This document shows, in pieces, positions 18,901 through 27,517 of a stretch of DNA of 52,411 nt. Positions within the stretch are counted from its first letter, which is position 1. Each line of letters begins with the position of its first letter. The notes beneath the pieces were generated by a model. The model worked only from the letters and a program-made list of their open reading frames with translations, had not been told where the DNA came from and searched no databases. The stretch lies in the IMG/VR virus record IMGVR_UViG_3300009488_002371, positions 1 through 52,411 of that record. The stretch is one strand, 5' to 3'. The stretch is from a virus (lineage: Duplodnaviria > Caudoviricetes). The position numbers were made by a program, and so were the translations under genes.

Positions 18901-19703
18901 GCTCCCAACCCCCAGTTCTCATCGTTGCGCAGTATTCGGCTATAACCCTTTGTCCACTGTTCACTCTGCCTTATGACCGCGATGGTTTCCTTGTCGTCGA
19001 TTCTATACGCCGTAAGCGGCACGTTCGCATGATGCAGATGGTATATAATCGTCTCCTCTTCCACGGCGTTGTCAAGCCGCCGACGAGCCATTCCAGCACG
19101 AGCGGCTCGCTTCCACATGTCCACGTCCTCCCAGCCCCAGATCGTCATGCGCTCGTCGAAGCCCTGGCACTCATACCACCATTCGGAGGGGGCGCTTACG
19201 AATCCGCCCCAGCCCTCTGATATGTGGGCCCAGCGGCCTTTTTTCAGTTTCTCGTAGTCTTGTGGAAGATTGATGGTTGCGGGGTCCAAGGCCGCTGGTT
19301 CTAGGAGCACTACACGGCTGCTCATGTAGATGCGCGGGTGTATGCTGTGTATCCCGTGGGCAAATTCGAGGACGCAGGGCTCCATTACAAGGTCGGCGTC
19401 GAGGGCGCATGAATACCTCGCCGTGGCCCGGCGCAGGCCGATGTTACGGGCGACGGCGAGGCTCCAGGGTGCGTCAGTTTCGCAGCGGTAGACGGTGCAG
19501 TCGGGCAGGAGCTGCATCAGCTTCTCATGGTTTTCCTCGGTGGATCCGTAGTCGACTACGATGAGCTCCAGGGGCTGGAGCTCCTGCAGCTCTACGCTTT
19601 TCAGGCAGCTGCGGAGCATGTGTCCGCATCGGTTGCGGATGGGGATGACTACCGAGTAGGCCGGATCCTCGACTTCGTGAAGCTGAACGGTTTCAAGGTT
19701 CAT
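18897..19703 (-). CDS. Glycosyltransferase GT2 with GT7-like C-terminal motif
   Basis: SVVIP.RN, VVDYGS, RNIG, DAD, GFDERM..WGWED. Confidence 0.9.
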   Translation of the reverse strand: MNLETVQLHEVEDPAYSVVIPIRNRCGHMLRSCLKSVELQELQPLELIVVDYGSTEENHEKLMQLLPDCTVYRCETDAPWSLAVARNIGLRRATARYSCALDADLVMEPCVLEFAHGIHSIHPRIYMSSRVVLLEPAALDPATINLPQDYEKLKKGRWAHISEGWGGFVSAPSEWWYECQGFDERMTIWGWEDVDMWKRAARAGMARRRLDNAVEEETIIYHLHHANVPLTAYRIDDKETIAVIRQSEQWTKGYSRILRNDENWGLGA

Positions 19704-20505
19704 CGACCTTCCCCCAAACGAAGGCGGCGATCAGGTCCTTGGTAAAATCTTCGTTGCTGACGATGGTGCCGTCCTTCTTTATGTAGGGAGGCGGGTCGAA
19801 GTCCTGTCCTCTCAGCACTTCGAGAGGCGTCTTTTGGACGCCAACCTTTATGGGGTCAAGATGCAGTATCTCGGTGCCTGGGTCAGCCCAGACTTCGTAG
19901 CCTTCGTCTAGTGCGTTCTCGCAGAAGTGTATATGAGGATGCGGGTTTTCGTAGTCGATGAGCTTGAAGATGTCATGCTTCACAAGGTAGCAGGAGCCCA
20001 CGCTGTCAACCTCGAAGGGCTCTCCGTCGTTGGGGTCGGGCGGCGAGAAGGGGTGGAAGCGGTATCCGTATAGTCGGAAGCAGTGAACATCGAAGAACTG
20101 CAGGGGAATCGCCCGATCCACGTAGACGAAGGGTGCTATGATGTCTTTGTCATGTTTCATCAGGCGCTGAATCAGGCCGATGGGGACTTCCATTATGTCG
20201 GCGTCGATGAGAAGGAAGTGCGTTTCGTCTTCCCAGCCTTTCTCTCCGAGCATTTTCTGGAAGTCTTCGTAGACGGGGGCGATCTCGGCGGCGGACAGGG
20301 ATCCTGGCATGGCCGGCTCATGGATGATCTCAGTCGAGTGCTTAGTGTCGTTTTCCCACTGCTTCAGCATATTGAGCGTAGGGTCGCGGCTGGGCCCGTA
20401 GCTGAAGACGACTCGGGACACGTCCTCAAGCTTCTCGAGCTGCGTCAGGAAGCGTGGCAGCCATATCGCTGAATCTTTAACCGGGACTCCGACCATGGTG
20501 CTCAT
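19693..20505 (-). CDS. GT-A glycosyltransferase (Anp1-like)
   Basis: LIDADI, DIIAP, EVDSVGSCYLVK, FC..A...GYEVW. Confidence 0.75.
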   Translation of the reverse strand: MSTMVGVPVKDSAIWLPRFLTQLEKLEDVSRVVFSYGPSRDPTLNMLKQWENDTKHSTEIIHEPAMPGSLSAAEIAPVYEDFQKMLGEKGWEDETHFLLIDADIMEVPIGLIQRLMKHDKDIIAPFVYVDRAIPLQFFDVHCFRLYGYRFHPFSPPDPNDGEPFEVDSVGSCYLVKHDIFKLIDYENPHPHIHFCENALDEGYEVWADPGTEILHLDPIKVGVQKTPLEVLRGQDFDPPPYIKKDGTIVSNEDFTKDLIAAFVWGKVDEP

Positions 20506-22508
20506 ATCATCCGCCTCCTTTCGGCGAGGGTTTTGGGACGCATCTCCTCTCTGATCTCCTCTACGAGGTTGACCCAGAGGGGTACAACGACCTTTTTCCA
20601 GTCAAAGTTTAAGGCGAACTCCCTCGACGCTTCGCCGAACCGCATGGTTTTGTCGGGGTTGTTATAGGCATCCTCTATGTACTGGGCCATCTCGTATTCG
20701 CTGGGCGAAGCTATGAAGCTCAGGGCCGGCGTGAGCTCTAAGTTGTATTTCTCCACCAGCCAGCCGTGGCCCTTTATGAGCTCGGGCATGGATGTGAAGT
20801 TGGTGCCAATCGACGGAACCTCACATGAGGCTGCTTCAAGGATGGGTATGCCGAAGCCCTCGGCGCGGCTTGCGTTCAGCAGTATGTCAAAGCCACCGTA
20901 GAGTTTCGCCATGTCCTCAGGGGTTAGACCTTGCCACCAGAAGTATTCGTCGATGACCTTCACGTATTGGGAGACGCCGCAGATGTCGTACCAGTGATCG
21001 ATGTTAAAGCCGCCGGGGAAGCGGGCAAGCGTGTGCAAGAAGACCCGAGTGTCCTTACGGGCATCAGGGTTATTCTCGAAGAAGATTTTGAGGGCCAAGG
21101 CGTCCTTGTCGAAGCCTTTCCGCTTGGTGTCCTTGTTGGCCGCGACCTTGCCGATGACGAAGCACTCGTCGGGCCAGGGCTCCGCTCTTCCAGATACAAG
21201 TGGAACCGATACGTCAAAGAGGTGCTTGCGGCTTGCCACCGGATCCTCTGAGGGTTTGAAGACCGCCGTGTCGACGCCGTGGGGGATATACGTCGATTTT
21301 ATGCCGTTGTTTTCTAGCTGCCGCTGTCCGAACCTGCTCATGGCCACCGGCTTGTAAGCCTTTCTCGCCGGCATTAGGGTGGGAGGCGGGATCGGGTCAT
21401 GGTCTATGGGTATGATGGGCACCCAGCGCGGGTGCATGCTGCTCAGCCAGCCCGGACCTCCCACAGAGCTCGCTGACTCATCAATCCAAATGTCAAAAAG
21501 CGTAATCAGGATGTCGGGTTTCCACCGACCGCACAGGAGATGCGCGGCGTCCGATCCGAATGGGTCGAAACGCTTAGGGTAGGTTATGAGGCCGTTGAAG
21601 CCCAGGGCGGCGCCCTCAAGCCCGTAGAATGCTAGGTTGCGGATGTTGTAGTGCTTGAGGAGGTCGAATACAACGCCCTTCGTACCAACTCCATACCCAG
21701 TTCCAACGAAGTGTGCATTAGCCCACCACAGAATCTTGAAGTCCTTGCCTCCCTCAGCGATCTCTGCCAGCGTTATGTTTTCAGGCGTCGGGACGGGTAG
21801 AGGTCGGCGGAACCAGACGGTGTAGCCATGGTCGCGCTTATCCGGCCATGAGGCATCCTCTTTCACCTCGGGGTAGGAATACTCGCTGGGCTGGCCGAAG
21901 GGCTCCATGCCCCGGATCATGAACTGCTGGATCCACCAGTATTTTGAGTAGCAGCTTACATGGCTCTTATCGGTGCCGTGGCTCTGGTCGGGCTCGTCGT
22001 CGTGGGGCATTATGGGGACGTCGAGTATGACTATGCGGCCGACCCGGGCCGCCTCATCTATTGCGAGATGAAGGTCTGGAACCTTGATGTGCTCCAGAAC
22101 GTCGAGGGCTACGACCAGGTCGAACTCTTCGTCTTCCCATAGGCTGAGGTCGCAGACATCGCCCCAGTACATGTATTCCTCGATGCCTTCAGCGCAGTTT
22201 TCCACAGCCCACCGGCTTATGTCGACGCCGACGGCGTGGATGCCCTGCTCATAGAAGGCTTTAACCAGGTAGCCTCGAGCTGCCCCGAGGACTATGACTG
22301 ATCTTACCGTGGGTATGGCGGGGAGTATCCTGCGGACAAGATCACGGTTTCTATCGAGGTACACCTCATCGTAGGGCGCAAAGTCTCCTCGACCATAGTT
22401 GCTGCCCTCCGCTTCCAGAAAATACCCTCGTCCGTAGAACTCCGGGGGAGCGCTACCTTTGAATCTCTTAGATGAACTTAACTTGATCTCTCGTTTCTCC
22501 AATTTCAA
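20502..22508 (-). CDS. SAM methyltransferase-GT4 glycosyltransferase fusion
   Basis: N-terminal LGAARG/GVDIS/DVLEHI; C-terminal IPHGVD, KRKGFD, EGFGIPILEAASC. Confidence 0.88.
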   Translation of the reverse strand: MKLEKREIKLSSSKRFKGSAPPEFYGRGYFLEAEGSNYGRGDFAPYDEVYLDRNRDLVRRILPAIPTVRSVIVLGAARGYLVKAFYEQGIHAVGVDISRWAVENCAEGIEEYMYWGDVCDLSLWEDEEFDLVVALDVLEHIKVPDLHLAIDEAARVGRIVILDVPIMPHDDEPDQSHGTDKSHVSCYSKYWWIQQFMIRGMEPFGQPSEYSYPEVKEDASWPDKRDHGYTVWFRRPLPVPTPENITLAEIAEGGKDFKILWWANAHFVGTGYGVGTKGVVFDLLKHYNIRNLAFYGLEGAALGFNGLITYPKRFDPFGSDAAHLLCGRWKPDILITLFDIWIDESASSVGGPGWLSSMHPRWVPIIPIDHDPIPPPTLMPARKAYKPVAMSRFGQRQLENNGIKSTYIPHGVDTAVFKPSEDPVASRKHLFDVSVPLVSGRAEPWPDECFVIGKVAANKDTKRKGFDKDALALKIFFENNPDARKDTRVFLHTLARFPGGFNIDHWYDICGVSQYVKVIDEYFWWQGLTPEDMAKLYGGFDILLNASRAEGFGIPILEAASCEVPSIGTNFTSMPELIKGHGWLVEKYNLELTPALSFIASPSEYEMAQYIEDAYNNPDKTMRFGEASREFALNFDWKKVVVPLWVNLVEEIREEMRPKTLAERRRMI

Positions 22509-22537
22509 ATCTCCAAAACTGTGAATCTATACCTCGT

Positions 22538-22556
22538 AAAAAGCCGAGGGGAAGGG
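22538..22556 (-). terminator. C-rich plus oligo-T terminator after capsid gene
   Basis: CCCTTCCCCTCGGCTTTTT. Confidence 0.5.
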
Positions 22557-22576
22557 TAGTCAGTTTAGGTTAGGGA

Positions 22577-23797
22577 CTAGCAGGAGAAGGGAGCCTCGAC
22601 CGTGTGAATCCAGAAGATCCCGTCAGGGTGTAGACAGGTTCCGCCGTACTTGATGTCGGCGATGATCCACTTCTTCTGAAGTCTCGGCGAGTATTCCGTC
22701 TCGATTGTGATCCCGTGCTTCAAGGCACCCGCGAGGGCTCCCTTGGCCAGCAGCAGCGTCCGGTATGTACCGGATTCGGCTCCCCAGTCCCAGGTGGGCA
22801 GTATCAGCGTGCCCTTGGGGGTCACGTTGATGTCGAGGCCATAGGCCTGTTCTAGCCGCCCGCCGTAGATGGGATCTCTGGAGCCGAACCTGTTGGCGTA
22901 GCTGAAGTTGGTGTCCTGCATTAGCGAGGCCCAGACGACGGGGTGCATGATCACCTTGACGGGCATGTACGTCCCCGCCATCATCGAGCCCATTGATTCA
23001 ATTAGAATTGAACCTGCCATGGGGCCGGTGCATTCTAGTGTTCCGCGGTTGGTGCAGCTCAGGGCGGTGTGGAAGAAGTAGTTGTCGACGCAGACCTGTA
23101 GACAAGAGCCTAGGCCTTCCGTGATGGCGTCTACGAGGCCGTACTGGACGGTCTCCATTGTGTTCTTACAGATGGCTGTGGCGCAGACGTCGTGCTCCAG
23201 CTCTATGGCGGGACATGTGACCACGGGTGCTATGGTGTCGGGTTCGTCACATGTCAGGTCGGTGCATATCACGGGGGCTACGCGGCAGATGTTGATTTTG
23301 TCGCCTGGCTTGCCTTCGATGTCGTCGTACCATTTGACGAAGTCTGCGCCTAGGAAGACGCTGCCTGGGTAGACGTGGTCGCGCTCGATCTTGTCGGCCC
23401 AGACCTCGGGGATGCAGCAGGTAGTTGTGCTGACGGTGCCGATGGCTTCGACCAGTTTCTCGGATAGCTTGTATTCGTGAAGTTTTTTCTCCTCGTTGTA
23501 GGTGCGGACTGCTATGTCCTCTAGCCTACGTCTGTCTTGCCAGACTTCGGTTCCGATGTTGTCGCTCTTTTTGAAGCTGTGCAGCATTTCACTGATGCCT
23601 TCGCGCCAGTCGTAATCGACGAACTGGTTGCCGGACAGGTTCTCGGTGAGCGCCTTCGTCTCCTCGTGCTTGGTGAGCATTTCCTCTATCGCCAGGAACT
23701 TGACGTTCATCTTGTCAACGATCCTGTTTTCCATGCCTTCGGTGTCGATGTTAACTTCGTAGGGTGGATTTTCGATTTCGTTATCCAATTCAATCAC
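22577..23797 (-). CDS. Major capsid protein, HK97 fold, Cys-rich
   Basis: IPEVWADKI, GKPGDKINI, MHPVVWASL, GRLEQAYGLDI; AGGTGA SD; location in head module. Confidence 0.8.
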   Translation of the reverse strand: MIELDNEIENPPYEVNIDTEGMENRIVDKMNVKFLAIEEMLTKHEETKALTENLSGNQFVDYDWREGISEMLHSFKKSDNIGTEVWQDRRRLEDIAVRTYNEEKKLHEYKLSEKLVEAIGTVSTTTCCIPEVWADKIERDHVYPGSVFLGADFVKWYDDIEGKPGDKINICRVAPVICTDLTCDEPDTIAPVVTCPAIELEHDVCATAICKNTMETVQYGLVDAITEGLGSCLQVCVDNYFFHTALSCTNRGTLECTGPMAGSILIESMGSMMAGTYMPVKVIMHPVVWASLMQDTNFSYANRFGSRDPIYGGRLEQAYGLDINVTPKGTLILPTWDWGAESGTYRTLLLAKGALAGALKHGITIETEYSPRLQKKWIIADIKYGGTCLHPDGIFWIHTVEAPFSC

Positions 23798-23924
23798 CTT
23801 TTTTAGTGGGCGGCGTTTTACGGCGACATGCCCTTTTTAGTCCGCCGAGTGCCAAAATTTATATCGCGCAGGCACTTATGCGCGGTCCTGTTGACCTTGA
23901 ACTCCACTCTACAGATTTCCCCTG

Positions 23925-23944
23925 AAAAAAGCGGGGAGGGAAAG
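23925..23944 (-). terminator. C-rich plus oligo-T terminator
   Basis: CTTTCCCTCCCCGCTTTTTT after the 23968-24387 gene. Confidence 0.5.
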
Positions 23945-23967
23945 ATATACGAGGATTTCAACGGAGT

Positions 23968-24387
23968 CTAAGGCTGTGTAACCTTATACATGGCGAATGT
24001 TAGCTCTTCTACCTTCGCGGCTTCCGCCTCGGCTTCCCAGCCAGTCAGGCGCCATCCTGTGAAGATGACCGTGCCGGCGATGGTTCCACATGCGATCGTG
24101 CCGTCAGAGCAGTGGCCGTAGCGGGGGTAGAAGGTGCCACCGAATGTTCCACAGTCGTTCAGGAAGAGGGTGAGGAAGTCCCCACATAGGAAGGCCTTGC
24201 GGGCGCTTCCCTCGAAGTTCCTGCGTCCTCTTAGTAGCGTGGTGGCGTTGTATGTGCCCATAGCCCTGTAGTGTGTCACCGATCGGTCGCCGCTCAGCTC
24301 TACGCCGAGCAGGTGGCCGACGATGGTTCCGCCGTAGGTTATTTTTCCGATGAGCCCCTCAACGGGGTAATCTGGTACTACTGCCAT
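23968..24387 (-). CDS. Putative tail tube (major tail) protein
   Basis: 139 aa beta-rich; G.ELSGDRSV..Y.AMG...LRGRRNFEGS..K, C-terminal VEELTFA; no other tube candidate in the window. Confidence 0.6.
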   Translation of the reverse strand: MAVVPDYPVEGLIGKITYGGTIVGHLLGVELSGDRSVTHYRAMGTYNATTLLRGRRNFEGSARKAFLCGDFLTLFLNDCGTFGGTFYPRYGHCSDGTIACGTIAGTVIFTGWRLTGWEAEAEAAKVEELTFAMYKVTQP

Positions 24388-24398
24388 TTGTCATTACC

Positions 24399-26396
24399 TC
24401 ATGTCTTTACGTTGAGCCGGATTTTCTTCCGGTCCTTTAGTGCATTGTAGGTTTGCTTAAGCTCCCGGTATTCCTCGACGAGTTTGCTGTGCTTTTTCCG
24501 CCATTCGTCTATGGTCTTCGCGTCGGTGAGCTGCTTCTTGGCGTACTCGTTAAGCCGAAGCGCCATGTCGCTGATCTCACGGGTTCTGGCGGCGAGTTCC
24601 TGGGTTGTGATGGCAAGTTCCTCTATTGACCGGGCTTTGTCGGATTCGGCGTTAAGCGACCGCTGTACGGCTGTCGCGCGTTCTGCGGATTCTTCGTTGG
24701 CCTTGGTCAGGGCCTTGGTGAGGGCTTCCTTGGTCTCCGCAAGGGCAGATTGGATTTCCTCTCTGGCTTCGGAGATCCGTTTGTTTTCGTCCTTGTAGAA
24801 GGCGAGGTCCTTTTCGATGGATCCCATCTGGACTTCTAGTCTGGTGTTCTCCTCTTTCTGGGCGTCGCCTTCTTCCCTGAGTCGGAGTCGTTCCTCTTTC
24901 AGGCGCTTGATCTCGGATGCGTTCTGGCTTTTCTCTTTGGTGAGGCTGGCGATCTTGACGTCCTTAGCGACTATCTCTTGAAGGGATTTGATGTTCTTCT
25001 GGCGTTCCTCGTTAGTGGCTTGTCTCTCCTGCAGGACATCGTTCTTCAGTTCCGCTATCTCGGTTTTCAAGTTAATTTCACTCATGCTTTCAATCGTCCT
25101 ATCCAGTTTTGTAGGTTGATCTCGGGGGCGACCGTCGATGCAGACGGAGTCGGCCTTCCTCGCAAGTTCTTTGGTGACTGTGCAGCGTCCGACGCCGGGT
25201 CCTATGGCTCCGGTGCTGCGCGTGACTATTGCGGAGCTTCCCGGCGCCGCCGGGGCCTGCGTGGTCACGTTCTCCAAGTCCTCGAAGAACTTGCATTGGG
25301 CGCATACGTCCATACCCTGTATTCCATGGTATTCGACCAGCGCCTCCTGGACGGTTTTCTCCTGAGCCCACTTGCTATTCGGCAGATGCCTTTTGGCGAG
25401 TGGGATCAGCTTGGCCCGGGCCTTCCGGCGTAGGGCTTCGTCGCTTCCGTTGCAGACGCCTTTGACCTGGTCCATGCGGGCCAGGGCGTTGCGTAGGTGG
25501 GGTAGGTCTATTTTCCCGGTGGCGTCTTTGTAGGGCAGGTGTCGGGCGTCCTTGCGTTCGTTGGCGCAGGGCTCGACTACGGCGAAGCTGCCAGCGGGTA
25601 GATCGTTGATGTAGGCTCGGGTCCACCGTGCCTCTGCGAGTATGTCCTCGGTTTCCTCTTCGAGTTCAACCTCTTCTTGGTCAGACATTGTGATTTTCTC
25701 ACTTTCGTTCTCCAAACTCAGGCTTTCTACAAGGCTACGTCCGAGGGATTCGTTTAGGAACAGCGGCTCGATGCCGATGGTCGTGGGAACCCCTGGAAGG
25801 GATGCGTCTGTTTCTAGGAGGGCGAGGGCGGTGAAGTTGTACCATTTCGGCACGTTTCGGCCGTCTTCTGTGCGGTAGCCGCCTCGGGGCTCTCCTTCTA
25901 TGCTGGGGTTGACTATCTCCCCGTTGTCCAGCTTATCCTGGATGTCGGATTGCTCGTTGTCGATGCGGATTATTGCCTCTACGGCTTTGTCCTCGAACTC
26001 CGCCCAGTCGACGCGGTTCTGGGGGAAGGGCAGCATCTGGCGTGGGTTGTGGTTCAGGTTGAGGGGGCGCCAGGTCAGGGTGCGGGCGCTGCGTTCGATC
26101 TCCTCGAGGTCGCTGTAGTCGTTGGCGTTCATGCTGAGGGTGGCGGTGAGGGCTCGAACTTTGTAGTATTTTGCTTTGTCGTCCTTCTTCAGGTATTGAA
26201 TGAGGGGCTCTGCCCAGCCGAAGGACTCGCACACTCCGTTGAGGCATTCCCGTGTGAGCTGGGAGGCGTAGGATTTTGTGGGGTCAAGGCTGTACTGTGT
26301 TATGAAGGTGTCATATTTGACCTGGCCAGCTTCTCCTCCGAAGAGGGCAAGGAAGTCGGTCAGGATACGCCTGAAATCAGCATGTACGGAAACCAA
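24399..26396 (-). CDS. Prohead protease-scaffold multidomain protein
   Basis: S.N.N.YS..E, PLNLNH, VNPSIEG protease-like region; WTRAYINDLP..HLRNALAR domain; CxxC..C..C domain; ~230 aa C-terminal coiled coil. Confidence 0.7.
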   Translation of the reverse strand: MVSVHADFRRILTDFLALFGGEAGQVKYDTFITQYSLDPTKSYASQLTRECLNGVCESFGWAEPLIQYLKKDDKAKYYKVRALTATLSMNANDYSDLEEIERSARTLTWRPLNLNHNPRQMLPFPQNRVDWAEFEDKAVEAIIRIDNEQSDIQDKLDNGEIVNPSIEGEPRGGYRTEDGRNVPKWYNFTALALLETDASLPGVPTTIGIEPLFLNESLGRSLVESLSLENESEKITMSDQEEVELEEETEDILAEARWTRAYINDLPAGSFAVVEPCANERKDARHLPYKDATGKIDLPHLRNALARMDQVKGVCNGSDEALRRKARAKLIPLAKRHLPNSKWAQEKTVQEALVEYHGIQGMDVCAQCKFFEDLENVTTQAPAAPGSSAIVTRSTGAIGPGVGRCTVTKELARKADSVCIDGRPRDQPTKLDRTIESMSEINLKTEIAELKNDVLQERQATNEERQKNIKSLQEIVAKDVKIASLTKEKSQNASEIKRLKEERLRLREEGDAQKEENTRLEVQMGSIEKDLAFYKDENKRISEAREEIQSALAETKEALTKALTKANEESAERATAVQRSLNAESDKARSIEELAITTQELAARTREISDMALRLNEYAKKQLTDAKTIDEWRKKHSKLVEEYRELKQTYNALKDRKKIRLNVKT

Positions 26397-26553
26397 AGAA
26401 TCTCTCCTTTTTCTCCTTTTCCCGCCAAGCTGTGAAGCACATGGCGATTATCTGGTCGTCTGGTCGCTCGGGGTCGGTATCATGGAGGGTGCTGATGCAG
26501 CGGCTTATGAAGTCGTCCTCTGACTCGCCGGGTTCAGGTTTAGGGACTGGCAT
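26377..26553 (-). CDS. 58-aa head-module protein
   Basis: Read manually: MPVPKPEPGESEDDFISRCI...QIIAMCFTAWR, a pattern typical of small phage head-region proteins. Confidence 0.7.
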   Translation of the reverse strand: MPVPKPEPGESEDDFISRCISTLHDTDPERPDDQIIAMCFTAWREKEKKERFFGFRTC

Positions 26554-27025
26554 GTTTCACACCCGCTCTTTCGGCGTCAATTCGCCTCCGGCATTCAAGC
26601 CACGACGGAAGATCCTTACAGCGCTTGACGGAGTTTAGCGGCTCGTCTTTGGCTAGGCACCAGTAGCCGCAGCAGCCGTATTCGCCCGCGGGGACGGGGC
26701 CCAGGTAGGGGCATTCGGTTGACGGCGGCACGATCACTGGGGGCGCCACGACGACTTCGGCTTTGACCTTCTTCTTGGACTTGGTTCTCTTCTTCTTCGG
26801 CTTCTTCTCTACGGCTTTAGCTTCCTCGGCTTTCTGCAGCGTGGCGATGTCTTCTTCGGTGAGCTCGGGGTGGGCTTGAAGGTATCGAGTGCATTCCAAG
26901 GGGTTGTCCGAGCAGTCGCTGGTGTTACTGAGTTTCAGCTTGCTACCTAGGGCCGTGCAGAACCAGCCTCTGCATCCGACGCAGGTCTTCGTTTCATCAA
27001 GGATCAGGAATTCACATTTAGGCAT
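26540..27025 (-). CDS. Protein with two Cys-rich repeats and a Lys/Glu linker
   Basis: Probable start MPKCEF at 27025 (TAATG overlap); CEFL..GC.GWFC..C..LEC and CPYL..GCCGYWC..C..LEC. Confidence 0.6.
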   Translation of the reverse strand: MPKCEFLILDETKTCVGCRGWFCTALGSKLKLSNTSDCSDNPLECTRYLQAHPELTEEDIATLQKAEEAKAVEKKPKKKRTKSKKKVKAEVVVAPPVIVPPSTECPYLGPVPAGEYGCCGYWCLAKDEPLNSVKRCKDLPSWLECRRRIDAERAGVKHASP

Positions 27026-27249
27026 TACATCACTCCAAAGGTCCTCAAGACGGTTAACACGCTTACCACGGCGCCTAGCAGGCTTGTACCGAATATGAAC
27101 TTTATCCAAGTTTTAGTGGTATCCCACTCGGTCCTCATCTCGATGAAGCCGTCTTGTAGGCGTTGGTGGCTGTCGTTCAGGACTTTGTATGACTCTGCGA
27201 GGTCGTCGATACGCTTGTTGATCATCTCTAATATTTGCTCGTGATTCAT
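27025..27249 (-). CDS. Coiled-coil protein with C-terminal TM helix (XhlA/holin-like)
   Basis: Heptad N-terminus, hydrophobic C-terminus, AGGTGA SD. Confidence 0.6.
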   Translation of the reverse strand: MNHEQILEMINKRIDDLAESYKVLNDSHQRLQDGFIEMRTEWDTTKTWIKFIFGTSLLGAVVSVLTVLRTFGVM

Positions 27250-27303
27250 TTTTTCACCTATCGGTGTTTCTCTGCTACAGGCTCGACGACTCGAAACTAA
27301 AAT

Positions 27304-27333
27304 GGGACTTCGTCTACTAGTAGACGAAGTCCC
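27304..27333. repeat. Perfect 30-bp palindrome
   Basis: GGGACTTCGTCTACT-AGTAGACGAAGTCCC. Confidence 0.95.
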
Positions 27334-27355
27334 GTCTAGGCTACAATCAACTAGG

Positions 27356-27364
27356 GATATTAAG
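27356..27364 (-). promoter_or_regulatory. Putative TATA box of the head/late operon
   Basis: CTTAATATC in an AT-rich intergenic gap; shares TTAATAT with the 34596 promoter. Confidence 0.45.
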
Positions 27365-27370
27365 ACTATT

Positions 27371-27517
27371 TTAAGTTTTCATGCGGTTTGAGATGTCTAC
27401 CCATACCTCGCTGAGTAAAACATCGTCTTCGTCATGCTCCGTGACAACCATCCACATTGCGGCTGATTCCTCAACGATGTCGTGGTATCTATTCAGGTAC
27501 ACTCGTTTACTTTTCAT
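27371..27517 (-). CDS. 48-aa acidic microprotein downstream of MuF (candidate immunity/partner)
   Basis: Read manually: MKSKRVYLNRYHDIVEESAAMWMVVTEHDEDDVLLSEVWVDISNRMKT; overlaps the MuF 3' end. Confidence 0.55.
   Translation of the reverse strand: MKSKRVYLNRYHDIVEESAAMWMVVTEHDEDDVLLSEVWVDISNRMKT

Noticed and set aside
8374-22508. Island as a DNA hypermodification system
   Set aside because: No base hydroxylase, hydroxymethylase, nucleotide kinase or polymerase recognised, and it sits in the structural operon; less likely but not excluded
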